From NCBI GenBank assembly GCA_030390025.1, contig CM059432.1, positions 117,182,001 to 117,246,000 on the forward strand: a stretch of 64,000 nucleotides of DNA, given 5' to 3'. A model generated the notes under the pieces. That model ran no database searches. It had not been told where the DNA came from and worked only from the letters and a program-made list of their open reading frames with translations. Both the position numbers and the translations under genes were made by a program. Source of the DNA: Squalus acanthias (taxonomy: Eukaryota). Shown here piece after piece: positions 13,028-25,525 of the stretch (position 1 is the stretch's first letter; each line of letters starts with the position of its first letter).

Positions 13028-13110
13028 CGACAAGGATGGGATTCGAACCCATGCATACAGAGGTCTAATGGATTAGTAGCCCATTGCTTTAACAACTCGG
13101 CCACCTCGCC
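13028..13110 (-). pseudogene. tRNA-Ser(GCT)-derived pseudogene; anticodon now reads ACT
   Basis: Reverse complement GGCGAGGTGGCCGAGTTGTTAAAGCAATGGGCTACTAATCCATTAGACCTCTGTATGCATGGGTTCGAATCCCATCCTTGTCG resembles vertebrate tRNA-Ser-GCT; D-loop GG lost; no adjacent T-run terminator. Confidence 0.85.
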
Positions 13111-13839
13111 TCACAGTGGAGTGCTGGATTTTTTATTTTTTTTGGCTTCAGCACATGGTGGGAGTGTTTATGTTGAAACAAAAGCTAATGAGCGTCGTCT
13201 GCAAATCTGTCAGAAAACTGACTACTGCTGAAGTATTAATAAGAGCGCAGCCAACAGGAAGATCACAGAAGAAGAGAAGCCATGAAAAGGGGCTCGTATT
13301 ATGCACTTTCACTGCAGCTTCGGGCTTCTAGGGATAAAATTAATAACTTGGACTAATAATTTGGAAGGCTGTGAATTGGGCCTTGCTGACCCCTATCTGA
13401 TCTGCCCTCCTGTCAAGTGAGACTCCACAGAAAGAAAACTGAATCGTGAAATTTACCCCTTAATTGCTACCTGCAGAGTCCAGTGCTGGTTGGAATTTCA
13501 ATGTGAAATGAATGATGGGGGTTGCTGTTAAAGAGATCAGTTGGAATCAAAACCAGTGAGCCACCAGAGGAAATTAATTCACTGATATTTATGATTGGCC
13601 CTTTCTATAAACATGAATGTGTTAAAGCAACCAAGGCTGAATAATACCTCTTTTCAGTTTGTGCCTGTCTGATCTGAGTTCATTATGGTTATATAGCATC
13701 ATCTATTTTAATTTTTCTTGTTAATTAAATCAGAGGTTTCATGCACTGCCTCTTGTTACAGGATCATCTAGGTGGCACAGTAACAGATGGTAGTGTTGCA
13801 ACACTAGAATTTAACTCACTGTTAAAAAGAATAGATAAT

Positions 13840-14592
13840 GGTGTTGATTTTAACCCTAACCACGTGGTGGAAACACCCTACTTGCTCAGCAGAAACCTAG
13901 CGGGCGGGCAGTTAAAATCACCCTGGCTCTTACCTGCCCGAAAGCCGCCATGATCGCAACATCTGCAATTTTAACCTACTCTCCTGAGCAGGCAGCAAGG
14001 ACACGCACCCGGAGTCAACAGGGTCCTTCTTTACATAGACATGTTGCGGCCCGATGACATCAGTGAGACCCGACTGTAATTTTAACTCAGGCCTGAGCGG
14101 GGAATCCACTTGGAGTTAAAATCGGGGCCCACCAGTTAAAAATGGGCAGATTATTTACCTGCACAGACCCCAACCATTTCTGATATTAACCTCTAGGCTT
14201 TTGCAGGCTGATGAGGCGCCCACCTAGAGCAGGGGGGGACTCGCAAATATATGTAAATCTGGATCCCATCATGTCAATAAAACCGCGATGCAGTTTTAAT
14301 CAGGGCCTGAATAGGGAAGGCCCCCCACCTCCCGCGTGACCATTCTGAACCCCTCCCCCACCGCCCCTTGCTACTTACCTGGAAGCAAGGGGGCAGCAAA
14401 GGGCCACCCAATCTTCAGCTGTCAGCAGCTGCTCACTATCCTTTTCACACACGTTACAGCAGGAAGTGGCTGGCTGCATTTATATAAGTCCTGCCGGTTA
14501 AAATCAACGCGACCTCCTGCTGCCTCTGCCAGGAAATCAACTCGCCAGAGCGGTTTTCCGCTGGGATCTTGCTCAGAGTTCAAATCCACCCC
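13840..14592. mobile_element. Non-autonomous Harbinger-type element with internal repeated modules
   Basis: Imperfect TIRs ggtgttgatttt / caaatccacccc; flanks aat/cat; repeated ttttaac...gttaaaatc motifs. Confidence 0.6.
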
Positions 14593-14602
14593 CATGATAT
14601 TT

Positions 14603-15108
14603 ATCATAGAATCATACAGCACAGAAGGAGGCTATTCAGCCAATTGGGCCCGTGCTGGCTCATTAAAAGAGCTATCCATTTAGTCCCACTCTCCAGCTCT
14701 TTCCCCATAGCTGTGCAAAGTTTTCCTTTACAAGTATATAACCAATTCCCTTTTGAAAGTGACTATCAAATTTGCTTCCACCATCCTTTCAGGCAGTGCA
14801 TTCCAGATCATAACAACTCGCTGTGAAGTAATTTCTCCTCATCTTTCCTCTGGCTCTTTTGCCAATTATCTTAAATCTGTGTCCTCTGGTTACTGAATCT
14901 CCTACCACTGGAAACAGTTTCTCCCTATGTACTCTATGTAAATTGCTCATAAATTTGAACACCTCTATTAAATCCTTTCTTCTCTGCTCCAAGGAGAACA
15001 ATCCCAGCTTCTCTAGTCTCTCCACATCCCTGGTACCATTCTAGTAAATCTCCTTTGGACCCTCTCCAAGGCCTTGGTATACTTCTTAAAATGTGCTGCC
15101 CAGAATAG
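14603..15108 (-). mobile_element. CR1 3' fragment
   Basis: ERLEKLGLFSLEQRRKDLIEVFK...TRGHRFK. Confidence 0.9.
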
Positions 15109-16217
15109 GCTTTTCTTTTCCAGCTTACCCGTGCCTCAGGTCCTCATCCCCTCCCACACTTTGCCTTCAATCTGCTCCACTCCCATACTTGCCTTGGAAG
15201 CCCCCTTTCTCACTCCATGCTGACAGAAGCTTTTGATGCCTTCAATCCTTTCAGGGCTCACCTTGCTTCTTGAATCCTCCTTGTATCTCGAAGCCCCTGT
15301 CTCCTCTATTCAATAGGCTTCCAAGTTCCTCCTTTAGCCAGGTTAATTTTCCTTAATAAATTATCACTACTTCCCGCTGCCCTGTATCCTGCAGTCAAGA
15401 GATTCGGGGAACGCTGCTGAACAGAGGGGCTCCGCAAACCTCCTGCACACTCAAATACTGGTCTGTTGCCCATGTAATAGTTTAATACAGTGTAATCAGG
15501 CTATGTGATACCAGCACACAAACAAATTCCCATATTCAAATTACAGTTCTCTCACTGTAGAGAATAACAGAGGCATAACCCATTTAAAGTAAATGAGTTA
15601 ACTAAAGCATTGAAGTAGCACACAAAGGGATTTCACATAATCATGCTAATGCATTTGCTACGGACAACACTGAGAGTAGTTTCACCTCTATGGAGCCATC
15701 AGTTAACCTGTAAGGTAACTATAAGATGAGCAACCATTTATCAATTAGCGTGTTACCAAATATCCAACCAGTCATTAATTATTATATTGCAGCATAACCT
15801 AAATACTACATTTGATTAAAAAAAAACATGTAATCCATAAATTTCCATAAAATTCTCCCGAACTGCAATTTCTTTTAGCTGAACCAAAGGGAAACTTCTT
15901 CATATGAGAGTTGTTTCAAATTGAACAAAGTAGGAGCTTTTTGGAGATAGAGGACAAATAATTGATGAGTATTTGTGAGATAGCAAAAGGAGAAGGTTCA
16001 CTTGCAGCTTCCTCACATGGAGCCAGAGACATGATTCAGAATTCAGTGCATATTGATTTTGTGACCAACAGAATTCAAATGCAATTTAAGGGAAGATCCT
16101 TTGACCAGATTTGTGACTACTTTTGGAAAGATTTGTTAATTGTTACTGAAAGACGGCAAAAGCCTGCTGACCGTGGTTGAAATGTACCAGTTAAAGTACC
16201 CAGGATACTAATTAGTA

Positions 16218-16712
16218 AGAAAGAAACACTTGCATTTATATAGTGCCTTTGAAACATACAAAATTCTTACAGGGCTTGACAGGGTAGATGCAGGGAGGAT
16301 GTTTCCCCTGGCTGGGGTGTCTAGAACCAGGGGTCACAGTCTCAGAATAAGGGGTCGGCCATTTAGGACTGAGATGAGGAGAAATTTCTTCACTCAGATG
16401 GTGGTGAATCTTTGGAATTCTCTACCCCAGAGGGCTGTGGAGGCTCAGTCGTTGAGTCAAGATAGAGATCGATAGATTTTTGACTATTAAGGGAATCAAG
16501 GGATATGGGGAAAGTGCAGGAAAGTGGAGTTGAGGTAGGAGATCAGCCATGATCTGATTGAATGGCGGAGCAGGCTCGAAGGGCCAAATGGTCTACTCCC
16601 GCTCCTATTTCTTATGTTCTTATGTTCTTTCATGACCTCCAGACATCCCAAAGCATTTTACAGCCAATGGAGGACTTTTGAAGTGTAGTCACTGTTGTAA
16701 TGTGGGAAACGT
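16218..16712 (-). mobile_element. DeuSINE-like 3' tail split by a CR1 insertion
   Basis: acttgcatttatatagtgccttt resumes as catgacctc...gaagtgtagtcactgttgtaatg, as in the SINE at 43712-45842. Confidence 0.7.
16251..16628 (+). mobile_element. CR1 3' fragment
   Basis: ETYKILTGLDRVDAGRMFPL..TRGHSL; ttcttatg tail. Confidence 0.95.
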
Positions 16713-17429
16713 TAGAGTAACCATTTAGACATTGACTGGAAAAGAAAATGTTTAAGTAACATGAGTGTAGTATCAATATTAAATCTAAGAGATGGTAAAT
16801 TACTGGATGCGTGTGTGCAATTTCCCAATATACACTCCTGTCATGCACAGTACTGGAAAATTTACACAGTATTATTTATTTTATTCGGTCATTTTCATAA
16901 AAAGCAGATGAGTATAAACAGGATAACACTGCTAAAATCAGCGAACTGAGGAAAGTATCCCAAGGATTGCAGCAATGTCTGGTGGGCGCAGAAATCAGTT
17001 TGAGCGTCTTTTGCCAATGAGAAGTTCAAATGAGTACAGAGGCCGTGCATTAAATGGGTATTAAAATTTATGCCCCTTTTTAATGTACTCACAGGAACAC
17101 TAAACCTCACTCTGTAAGGTAAGTTGGCCAATCCTGTGCTTCCAATGGGGACCTTGCTCAAAGTAAGCATGGTTGGACAGACAGCTGCAATACTGTGTGC
17201 CGATTGTCCAACCCACAGTCCTTTCAAGCTCTGTCCCGTGTTGGGAGCATGGGATCGAAGAATTTACCTTTGTGTGCTTTCTGCTATCTCGGGGTCATTA
17301 GGTGAGCAAAAGGAAATGCACAACTGAGATGCCAATTGGAAAGCACCTGTAAGATTGCTACTTAATGATCTATAGTTAAGGGACACAAACTTGAACATTT
17401 ATGGCAGACAACTGGCTTAGCCATTCATC

Positions 17430-18292
17430 GCCAGATCTGGCTGGATGACATAAAGCACTATTGGGTCCTGCTCTCCTCTGCCAAAACTACTCACTACCCA
17501 AGATCATCCTGGAATGCAAAGATAACCCCTGGCTTCTCTTCTCCACCACCTACCATCTTCTTAAACTCCTCTTCCCTGCCCCCTCCACCCTCCCCTCCAA
17601 CATCAAGTGTGAGGAGCTCATGGACTGCTTTGTCACTGAGATTGAGACCACCATTCAGCTGCCTCTGCCGCATCCCTCCCTTCCCCTAGCCCACCGGGCC
17701 AAACTTCCCCCAAGGTTGCCCCCTGCCCTAGCCCTGAGCTTGCATTTTCTCTAGTTTACCTCCTATCTCCCCTCATGCCCTCTCCGAGCTCATCTTGTTC
17801 CTGAGATCCACCTCGGGCTCTCTCGACCCTATTCCCACTAAACTGCTGATCATCCAACTTCCCTTTCTAGTTCCCATGCTAACTGATATTATAAATGGTT
17901 AACTCTCTTCTAGTACTGTCCCCCTCCCTTTCAAATATGCCGTCGTCACGCCCCTCTCAAAAAACCCACACTTGACTCCTCTGTCCTTGCAAACTACTGC
18001 CCAATCTCCAACCTCCCTTTCCTCTCCAAAGTCCTCAAACATGTTGTCTCTCAAATCCGTGCTCATATTTCCTGCAACCCCATGTTTAAACCTCTCTAAT
18101 CAGGTATCCCCCGGCCCCGCCACAGCAATGAAACAGCTCTTATCAAATTCATAAATTACATCCTTTGTGACTGTGACCATGGTGCACTGTCTCTCCTCAT
18201 CCTTCTTGACCTGCCTGCAATCTTTCATACAGTTGACCACACCATCCTCCTCCAATGCCTCTCCTCCGTTGTCTAGCTGAGTGGGACTACCC
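17430..18292 (+). mobile_element. L2 LINE internal fragment (RT N-terminal region), decayed
   Basis: IILECKDNP..LFST; gaccctattcccact; ctcatccttcttgacctg...gttgaccacaccatcctcc (LLDL..F..VDH). Confidence 0.8.
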
Positions 18293-18949
18293 TCTGAAGG
18301 CTTTTATAGATCTAGAGGAATAATCATAAGGTGAATCTCTTCATATGGGTGTGGAAGGAACAAAAGGAAAGGGCTGGATGCTGCCTAACAAAGGCATAAC
18401 ATGGCCATGGACCTTGTTGAATTGATTAATGAATCTGCCCTCATGAAATCGGCTATAAAAAGGTGAACACTTTATGAGCATAAAGAGATGCACTTACCTC
18501 CTCACAGACAATGCTGGGTTCTTGCTTCATTACAGTTGTGGATTTTACCATCCAGATGGACACTGTGATGAAGCAAAGGTGCTCTGCTTTGCAGACTACC
18601 AGTGAGCAACATACAGCATTAGTGGCATCAGCCGTGAGACATCAAATATGTATTGCTTATGAATGCTGCCACTGATGATGTCAAGATATTGAGGCCCACT
18701 CAATGATGTGATCAGGTATGTCCCTTTTGACAGCTATGCTGTGCAGCATGCAGCACACCATCAAAAATCTACCAACTCATTTTGGAGCAGCTCAGTATAG
18801 GCCACAAACTGGAACCCTTGTTTGAACATGTTAATGTCTGCTCAGTAATGTTCTGCTTCTTGAACCTTTTTCTTTGTATGCTGGGGGCTTTGAGGTTTGC
18901 ATAGCATTGTCATGTCATGGGCCATGCTTTGAATGGATAACCTTTTTCT

Positions 18950-19258
18950 CTGACAGGATACAGCAAAGAGTATGGACCCTGGCAACATCCTGGCTGTAGT
19001 GATGAAGACCTGTGCATCAGAACTAGGTACCCCATTGCCAAATTATATCCATATGGTTATGACATGACATCTATGCAACATCAAGGTGGAAAGTTGCCCA
19101 GATATGTCCTATGTACAAAAAAAAGGACAAATGTAACCTAATTATTGCCCTATCAGCCTGTTCCTGATCATGAGCACAGTGATGGAATGAGTCATCAATC
19201 ATGCCATCAAGAGCTACTTACTGACCAATAACCTGCTCACCGACACTCAGTTCAAGCT
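18950..19258 (+). mobile_element. Decayed LINE RT fragment, interrupted by the solo LTR
   Basis: ggaccctggcaacatcctggctgtagtgatgaagacctgtgc...tggaaagttgcc...cctatcagcctg resembles the GPD.I/WK.A/PISL RT region. Confidence 0.6.
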
Positions 19259-19262
19259 TTGT

Positions 19263-20785
19263 TGTTGTTCAACTTATCTGCATGCTACGATAAATGTGGA
19301 ACTCACGTTCCTTTTAAGATATGGAACATTCTCCAGAAAACACATGCATAATTGTTTTTGCCAGTGGCCAGCCAGTTGAAGGGATAATTACTAGTCCTAG
19401 CCCTTTTTGGGCTACCCCAGATCAGGCGTATTCCCCAGACGTTCACCTTCAACTAAAGTTAGTGATAGCCGAATCCTAGAGATGCTTAATTGGGTCTAAA
19501 GGTTCAGGCTATCTCTCCCTAAAGGAAAGGAGCGGCCTGAAGATGTTACCATCCTCCGGATAGCACTTTTAACAAGTTTAACTAGACTGTAACCATCCGG
19601 AAATTATGAGGGTCCGGAAAACCCCCCAGAATTCTGCAACTCCTCACAAAAGAGTGTACAGAAATTAAGCTTGCGAGGTTGATACAAAATTACTCTGTGA
19701 GACAATTCTAAAAATATATAGATTTATTAAAAAACCGACATGTAGTTAACAGTTGTTGATTTCAATCGCAACTTTAACAGTCCAAAATACAAATAGCTTA
19801 CATTTCTTATCAGAGATCCTTATTCTCAAATCTTAACTTCATTACATTTCCACACTTCTACTTATTCTTAATCCAGAATATCCACCAAAATCAAATACCT
19901 TGATTACCCGAGACTCAAAGGGTTAAAGAACTTACAGAGCTTGCCTCTGAAGTTGAGAATCGCTTGCCTTTCCAGCGACTTCTGACTTTCTATCTGAAAA
20001 GCTCTATTTTTATACTCTTTTTGCAGTGGCATATTCTTTGAAGTTTTCTGTTGATGTAAGCTAATTATCTCCAGTGATACTTCTGTTGACTTCTTTCTAT
20101 TCTTACTGTTAATTCAGCTGTTAACTTTCAGACTTCTGTCTCTACCTTTAGGTGTTTCAAAACCTATCATAAAATGGCTACAACAGATTTATCTCTTTGA
20201 TGCCATTCTTATCGAAGGTCTTCCATTCAATTCTTAATATTGGCTTAACTGGTTATTAGCAGACATCGTGTCTCCTAACTATTCCATTTTCAATACAAAC
20301 ACAATGTGATTGCTTGGTGTCATCTATTGATATTATATTTACAAAGTCTCCTGTTTGTACCTTTTACAATTTGTAAATCAAAAACACTTCATCTAGGGTG
20401 TTCTTTGCATTTCTTAGCTACTTCAATTGGTTGTATATATAATCGTGTTTCCTGTTTCATTTGATGTTACTTTTACAAAGGCACATGGTTTTTTAATGTT
20501 CTGTTTTTCTTGTTCGAAGTGTTAGATTTTAACACTTTACTTGGGCATTGCTATTGTGTTGGTTCCAAACTGCAGACTCCTTGGAACCAACTCTTTGCTT
20601 CTTCAATAGGTCATTGTCTCAGTGTCAATAACCAATCTTTATCTCAAAAGCCTGTATGGTGTTTACAGCTTTGTGATGTTGAGGCTTTTAGATTTTTAAA
20701 CCCAGTTTGTCATGTTTTAATAAAATCAGAGTTCTGTACATAGGATGGTGTATTTTTCTGAATAGGTTTGGCTCATTCGTTTACA
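19263..20785 (-). mobile_element. 1.52-kb AT-rich solo LTR (probable ERV; foamy-like layout)
   Basis: Minus strand TGTAAACG...GAACAACA; flanks ttgt/tggt (4-bp TSD, one mismatch); TATAAAA 20014-20008, GTAAGT donor 19935, AATAAA 19728-19723. Confidence 0.7.
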
Positions 20786-20939
20786 TGGTCAGCCTCTCTT
20801 GCTGCTGCCTGTACTCACCAGCACAGTGAAACCAATCGCCTGTGATCTGGGTAATTCAGTGGCGAGCCTTACCAAGGAGCTGGAAGGAGTCTATAGCAGA
20901 AAGGTTGAGTGCTGTTGTCACTATTACCACTTCTGGCAG

Positions 20940-22350
20940 CAGGGTGATCATATTACAGTGATGATTGACAGGTCACTAAAGCCATCAGTACAATGTTCCC
21001 AGGGTGTTAAAGAAGGAAACAGAACATTAGGCTGCATAGCAAGGAGTATAACAAATAAATCCAGAGAGGTGATTTCAAATTGTATTTGACCCTGGTGAGA
21101 CGACATCTAAAGCAATGAGTGTAGTTTTTATCTCCCTATTTCAAAAATATATTCAGTTATTGGGAGGGGTACAGAGAAGATCTACATGGTTGATCTCAGA
21201 ACTTAAGGGAATGACATCTGAGGAAAGATTGACTACCCTGGGTCTTTTCGCTCTTGAAAAGAAAAGAATGAGAGGGGCTATGATAGAAGTGTTTAAAATT
21301 GGATCCATGTAAGCTTTTCTGCTATGTACAAAATTTAAGCACAATGGGGGAGAAATTGGCCTCCTTTGCGCCTCCCGTTAGCGCCTCCGGGGGGTGATAA
21401 CGGGGCGCTAAAGGCTTACCGACCGGACACGGTGAAATTACCGATGCCCACGAACTTCCATGGTGGGTTAGCGCTGGCACTAAAGCTTATCGCCTCGATC
21501 TCCTGCACCCCGGAGATCGTGCCATCATCCGGTGCGCAGCGCCCTGTTATCGCCCCGGATGTAAAATCCGCTTCTGCCTCCTGCAGCATCGCCGGGCGTC
21601 AACAACGGCAGCTGCAGGAGGTGTTGTCACCTCGGCTGGCTGCTTGGAGAACGCTAATTAAAGGCAGTGGTGGTCAGGTAGGCCAAAATATTAGAATATC
21701 CCCAGCGTGGTGTATTTTGATTTTTTTTCCAGCCCGCAATTGATCAGCCCTACACTCTCTTAGAGTGCTTGGGGCTGCTATGCGCGTATCACAGGCGCCG
21801 TCGACGACCATTCCCAGCCTTAGCCTTCAATGACCGCAGCATTGGCCCTTCCCTTTAAGGGAGGGAAGGAGCCTGTAAAACTGTAAAAATTGTGCAGCGC
21901 TCTGCCACTACTGACCCTCTCGCTCCCTTTAGCACTCTAAGGGAAGTGGTAGCGTTTGATTTAGCGCTCCACTTCCCTCTTGGAGTGCTAAACCGGAAGT
22001 TCCCGTCGGAATCAATTGTGTAGTGCCCAGCGATACTTTCGCGCCCGCAAAAGTTATCACCCCAAAACAGGGCTCTAGCCCAATGAGTCATATTTACAAA
22101 TTAAGGACAACTAAAGAAAAATAGGAAATGCAGGAGGAATGTTTTTTGCTAAAATGATGGTAAGTATGTGGAACAGGTTACCAAAATGGGTGATTGAACA
22201 AGAAACCTTATTGGGTTTCAAGAATGAATTAGACAGGCTCTTGTCAACAAACGGGATTTAGTGTTATTAGAAATGCACAAGGGATTACTGTGGATAGGTG
22301 GGCCAAAAGGACCGAAGGTCTTCTCCTGTCTGTAACTGTTACTTTGTTAC
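20940..22350 (+). mobile_element. Old CR1 3' region split by a MITE
   Basis: NRTLGCIARSI, VQRRSTWLISELKGMTSEERL..LGLFALEKKRMRG; resumes at 22085. Confidence 0.8.
21346..22081. mobile_element. Non-autonomous Harbinger-type element
   Basis: gggggagaaatt...ctctagccc termini; AAT on both sides. Confidence 0.8.
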
Positions 22351-22569
22351 TTCTTGGTTGCAGTTCTGGTTACAGGAGATGGCACAATTCACCCATGGCT
22401 TCTTTGGTGAGATGTAGCCTTCCCACACTTTGGGGTTAATTTAAAAATATATATTTTTGGTGAATCAACAGCCGATTTTACACCTCGTACGATTTTGACT
22501 TAAATGAAAAAGAAAATGAGACGAGGTGTAAAACGAGCTGCCGATTCGCTATCACCCACTTTGCGCCTG

Positions 22570-22673
22570 AGGATAAACTGCTAGGTGTGTCTTATCCTCC
22601 AAGGGGACCAATCAGAAATCTGATCTTGTCATCCAAGGAGACCAATCAGAACTTTGGTGTTGCAAATATACAC
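22570..22673. repeat. Dispersed ~105-bp repeat with tandem CCAAT motifs (inverted copy at 46508-46612)
   Basis: tccaaggggaccaatcaga...tccaaggagaccaatcagaactttggtgttgcaaata(t/c)acact in both copies. Confidence 0.8.
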
Positions 22674-23565
22674 TGCCTTAACATTACCTTATTTTTTTGC
22701 TTGGCCTGTCACCAGCACTGCACACTGCCTGGAGTTGTGGTGGATTCTAGTAATCCTCCTTCAAAGGTCGTAGACCTCCCTTACTCTCTTCCATTCCTTA
22801 TTTTCATCCTCAGCCATGCTCCAAAAACCAAGACTTGCTACTGCATCATGCTTCCGTTTGGCTGAGTTGCTTTTTACAATATCTCTTGTTCTGCTCTATG
22901 CTGGACCTCTGCTGACTCCTTTAATATCACTTTTATATACTCTTGAACTACCTTCTCATGGCGAGTTATTTTTGAAGGACATCTATTTCCTTTTTTGAAG
23001 AATTGGGATTCTGAAAGTGAGCTGGAGTTGGTGACAAAAATGTACTAAATTTTTGATGTTTTTCATAACTTTTTTATTGTCTGAAATCCGTCACGTTGTT
23101 ACATAATTCATTATAAACATAATTTGACAGCCTCATTGTTATTCATTATCAATGATCAAACAAAACTACAAGAGGAACATTGTCATACTAAGGCTAAAAT
23201 GTTAAGGAACAGCTTTCAGAATAAGTTAGGCGGCCAAAAATGATCATTATTTTGACTGGAATTGGTAATTACAAAAATGATTCTAGACGCATTTTTGGAT
23301 CTTGCCTCGGGAAAAGAACATTTAAAAAATGTGGAGCTGAAGATGATTGATTTTGAATGTTAGATAAAGAGCAATTCTTTGAACACTTGCAGATTCATTA
23401 TTTTCACGGCTGAACTATGAAAAAAGCTGAATAAAATTAGCAATCTTCACTGATGGAAAAAAACTGTAACAGACAAATTGATGTATGTAGGTCTAACTTT
23501 TGTTACATTTAATGAAAACCAAGGTAAGGAGACAAAGCCAGCAGTACAGACGCTATCATAACGGA

Positions 23566-23670
23566 AAAAGAAAGACTTGCATTTATATAGCGCCTTTCAC
23601 AACCTCAGGACATCCCAAAGCGCTTTACAGTTAATTAAATACTTTTGAAGTGTAGTCATTGTTGTAATGA
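23566..23670 (-). mobile_element. DeuSINE-like 3' tail fragment
   Basis: gaaagacttgcatttatatagcgcctttcac...gaagtgtagtca. Confidence 0.75.
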
Positions 23671-25525
23671 AGGAATTGTTGCCATGGTTGAAAAGAATGA
23701 AATGGTAGCCATGGCTGTGCTTGTTATGCATTCCATCTGGTCCCAAACTTAGAAGCAGCCACAGGAGTTGAACAGAAAGCTTTGGAAGCCCATGAAAGCT
23801 GTAATTGACCTATCAGCAAGCTGTTAGCCTTAGAGATAAAACCAAAGCCAGAATCATAGAGCTGAGCAGAAACCATCCATACTTCCAAGTCTCTAAAGCT
23901 AGAATAGCTTGGACAGGGGAGGAAGCTGGTAAAAGGGCCATGCATTGCATTGTTGCTCAAAACTGAGTGATGTATAGGCTTCAGAGGGGCTCCACACACC
24001 GCCAGGTCTTGACAACAGCATCCTTGGTGACAGGGAATTTGCATAGGAAATTTGCTATTTTTTATTCTGAATGATTCCCTCTCTTCAAAATCTGTTCTTG
24101 TGCTGAGAGGATCTGATCTGAAACAAGTAGTATTAATAGTCTAGAACACAAAATCAAATGGAAGCATCGAAGGGAATAGTCAAAACTGAATTGATTGCAG
24201 ATAAAAATGTGTTCCTCTATGTTCCATGCCTATAACCCCTTGTATATTAAGTTGCCATTTCACCTCTCTGCCTGGTTTCAAATCCAACCCAGATCAATGG
24301 AAAGTCTGTTCTCTATATGGATGTTACATAAACTGAATTGGGACATTATCAATCCAGCTGCTAATGGCCATGGGCTCATAGCACAGAATGATTGTGAATG
24401 GGATAATTTTCATGCTCCCAGTGGGGAGCCATTCACATTGAGAACATCTATTCAAAAAGTCTAATGTGTACTTCACACATGTCCCCTTAACCAAATTCCA
24501 TCCAAGAGCTACAAGGATGACTAGTGTGGAAAGTGGGGAGATTCACATTGGTGAGGTAGGAGGTATTCTTCAGAAATGGGAGTGAAACATAAGAATATAA
24601 GAATTAGGAGCAGGAGTAGGTCATACGACCCCTCGAGCCTGCTCCAACATTGAATAAAATCATGACTGATCTTCGACTTCAACTCCACTTTCTTGCCTGA
24701 TCCCCATATCCCCTAATTCCTCTGGAGTCCAAAAATCTATCTCAGCCTTGAATATATTCAATGACTCAGCATCCATATCCCTTTGGGGTAGAGAATTCCA
24801 AAGATTCACAACACTCTGAGTGAAGAAATTCCTCCTCATCTCAGTCCTAAATGGCCAACTCCTTATCCTGAGACTATGCCCCCTAGTTCTAGACTCTCCA
24901 GCCAGGGGAAACAGCTTCTCAGTATCTACCCTGTAAATCCCCTTCAGAATCTTATATGTTTGAATGAAATCACCTCTCATTCTTCTAAACTCCAGAGAGT
25001 ATAAGCCCAATCTACTCAATCTCTCCTCATAGGACAACCCTCTCATCCCAGGGATCAATCTAGTGAACCTTTGTTGCACCACCTCTAAGGCATGTATGTC
25101 CTTTCTCAGATAAGGAGACCAAAACTGTGTACAGTATTCCAGGTGTGGTCTCACCAAAGCTCTGTACAATTGTAATAAGACTTCCTTACTCTTGTACTCC
25201 AAACTCCTTGCAATAAGGGCCAACGTGCCATTTGCCTTCCTAATTGCTTGCTGTATCTGCATGCTAACGTTCTGTGTTTCCTGTACAAGGACACCTAAAT
25301 CTCTCTGAACACCAACATTTAATAGTTTCTCACCATTTAAAAAATATTCTGTTTTTCTATTCTTCCTACCAAAGTGAATAACCTCACATTTTCCCACATT
25401 ATACTCCATCTGCCACTTATTGCCCACTCATATAACCTGTCTATATCCCTTTGCAGGCTCTTTGTGTCCTCCTCACAGCTTACTTTCCCACCTAGCTTTA
25501 TATCATCAGCAAATTTGGATACATA

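Noticed and set aside
15879..16180. Plus-strand exon/ORF after tttcttttag
   Set aside because: All three frames stop soon after the acceptor and the downstream ORF is unrecognisable; it could be UTR but this is unsupported.
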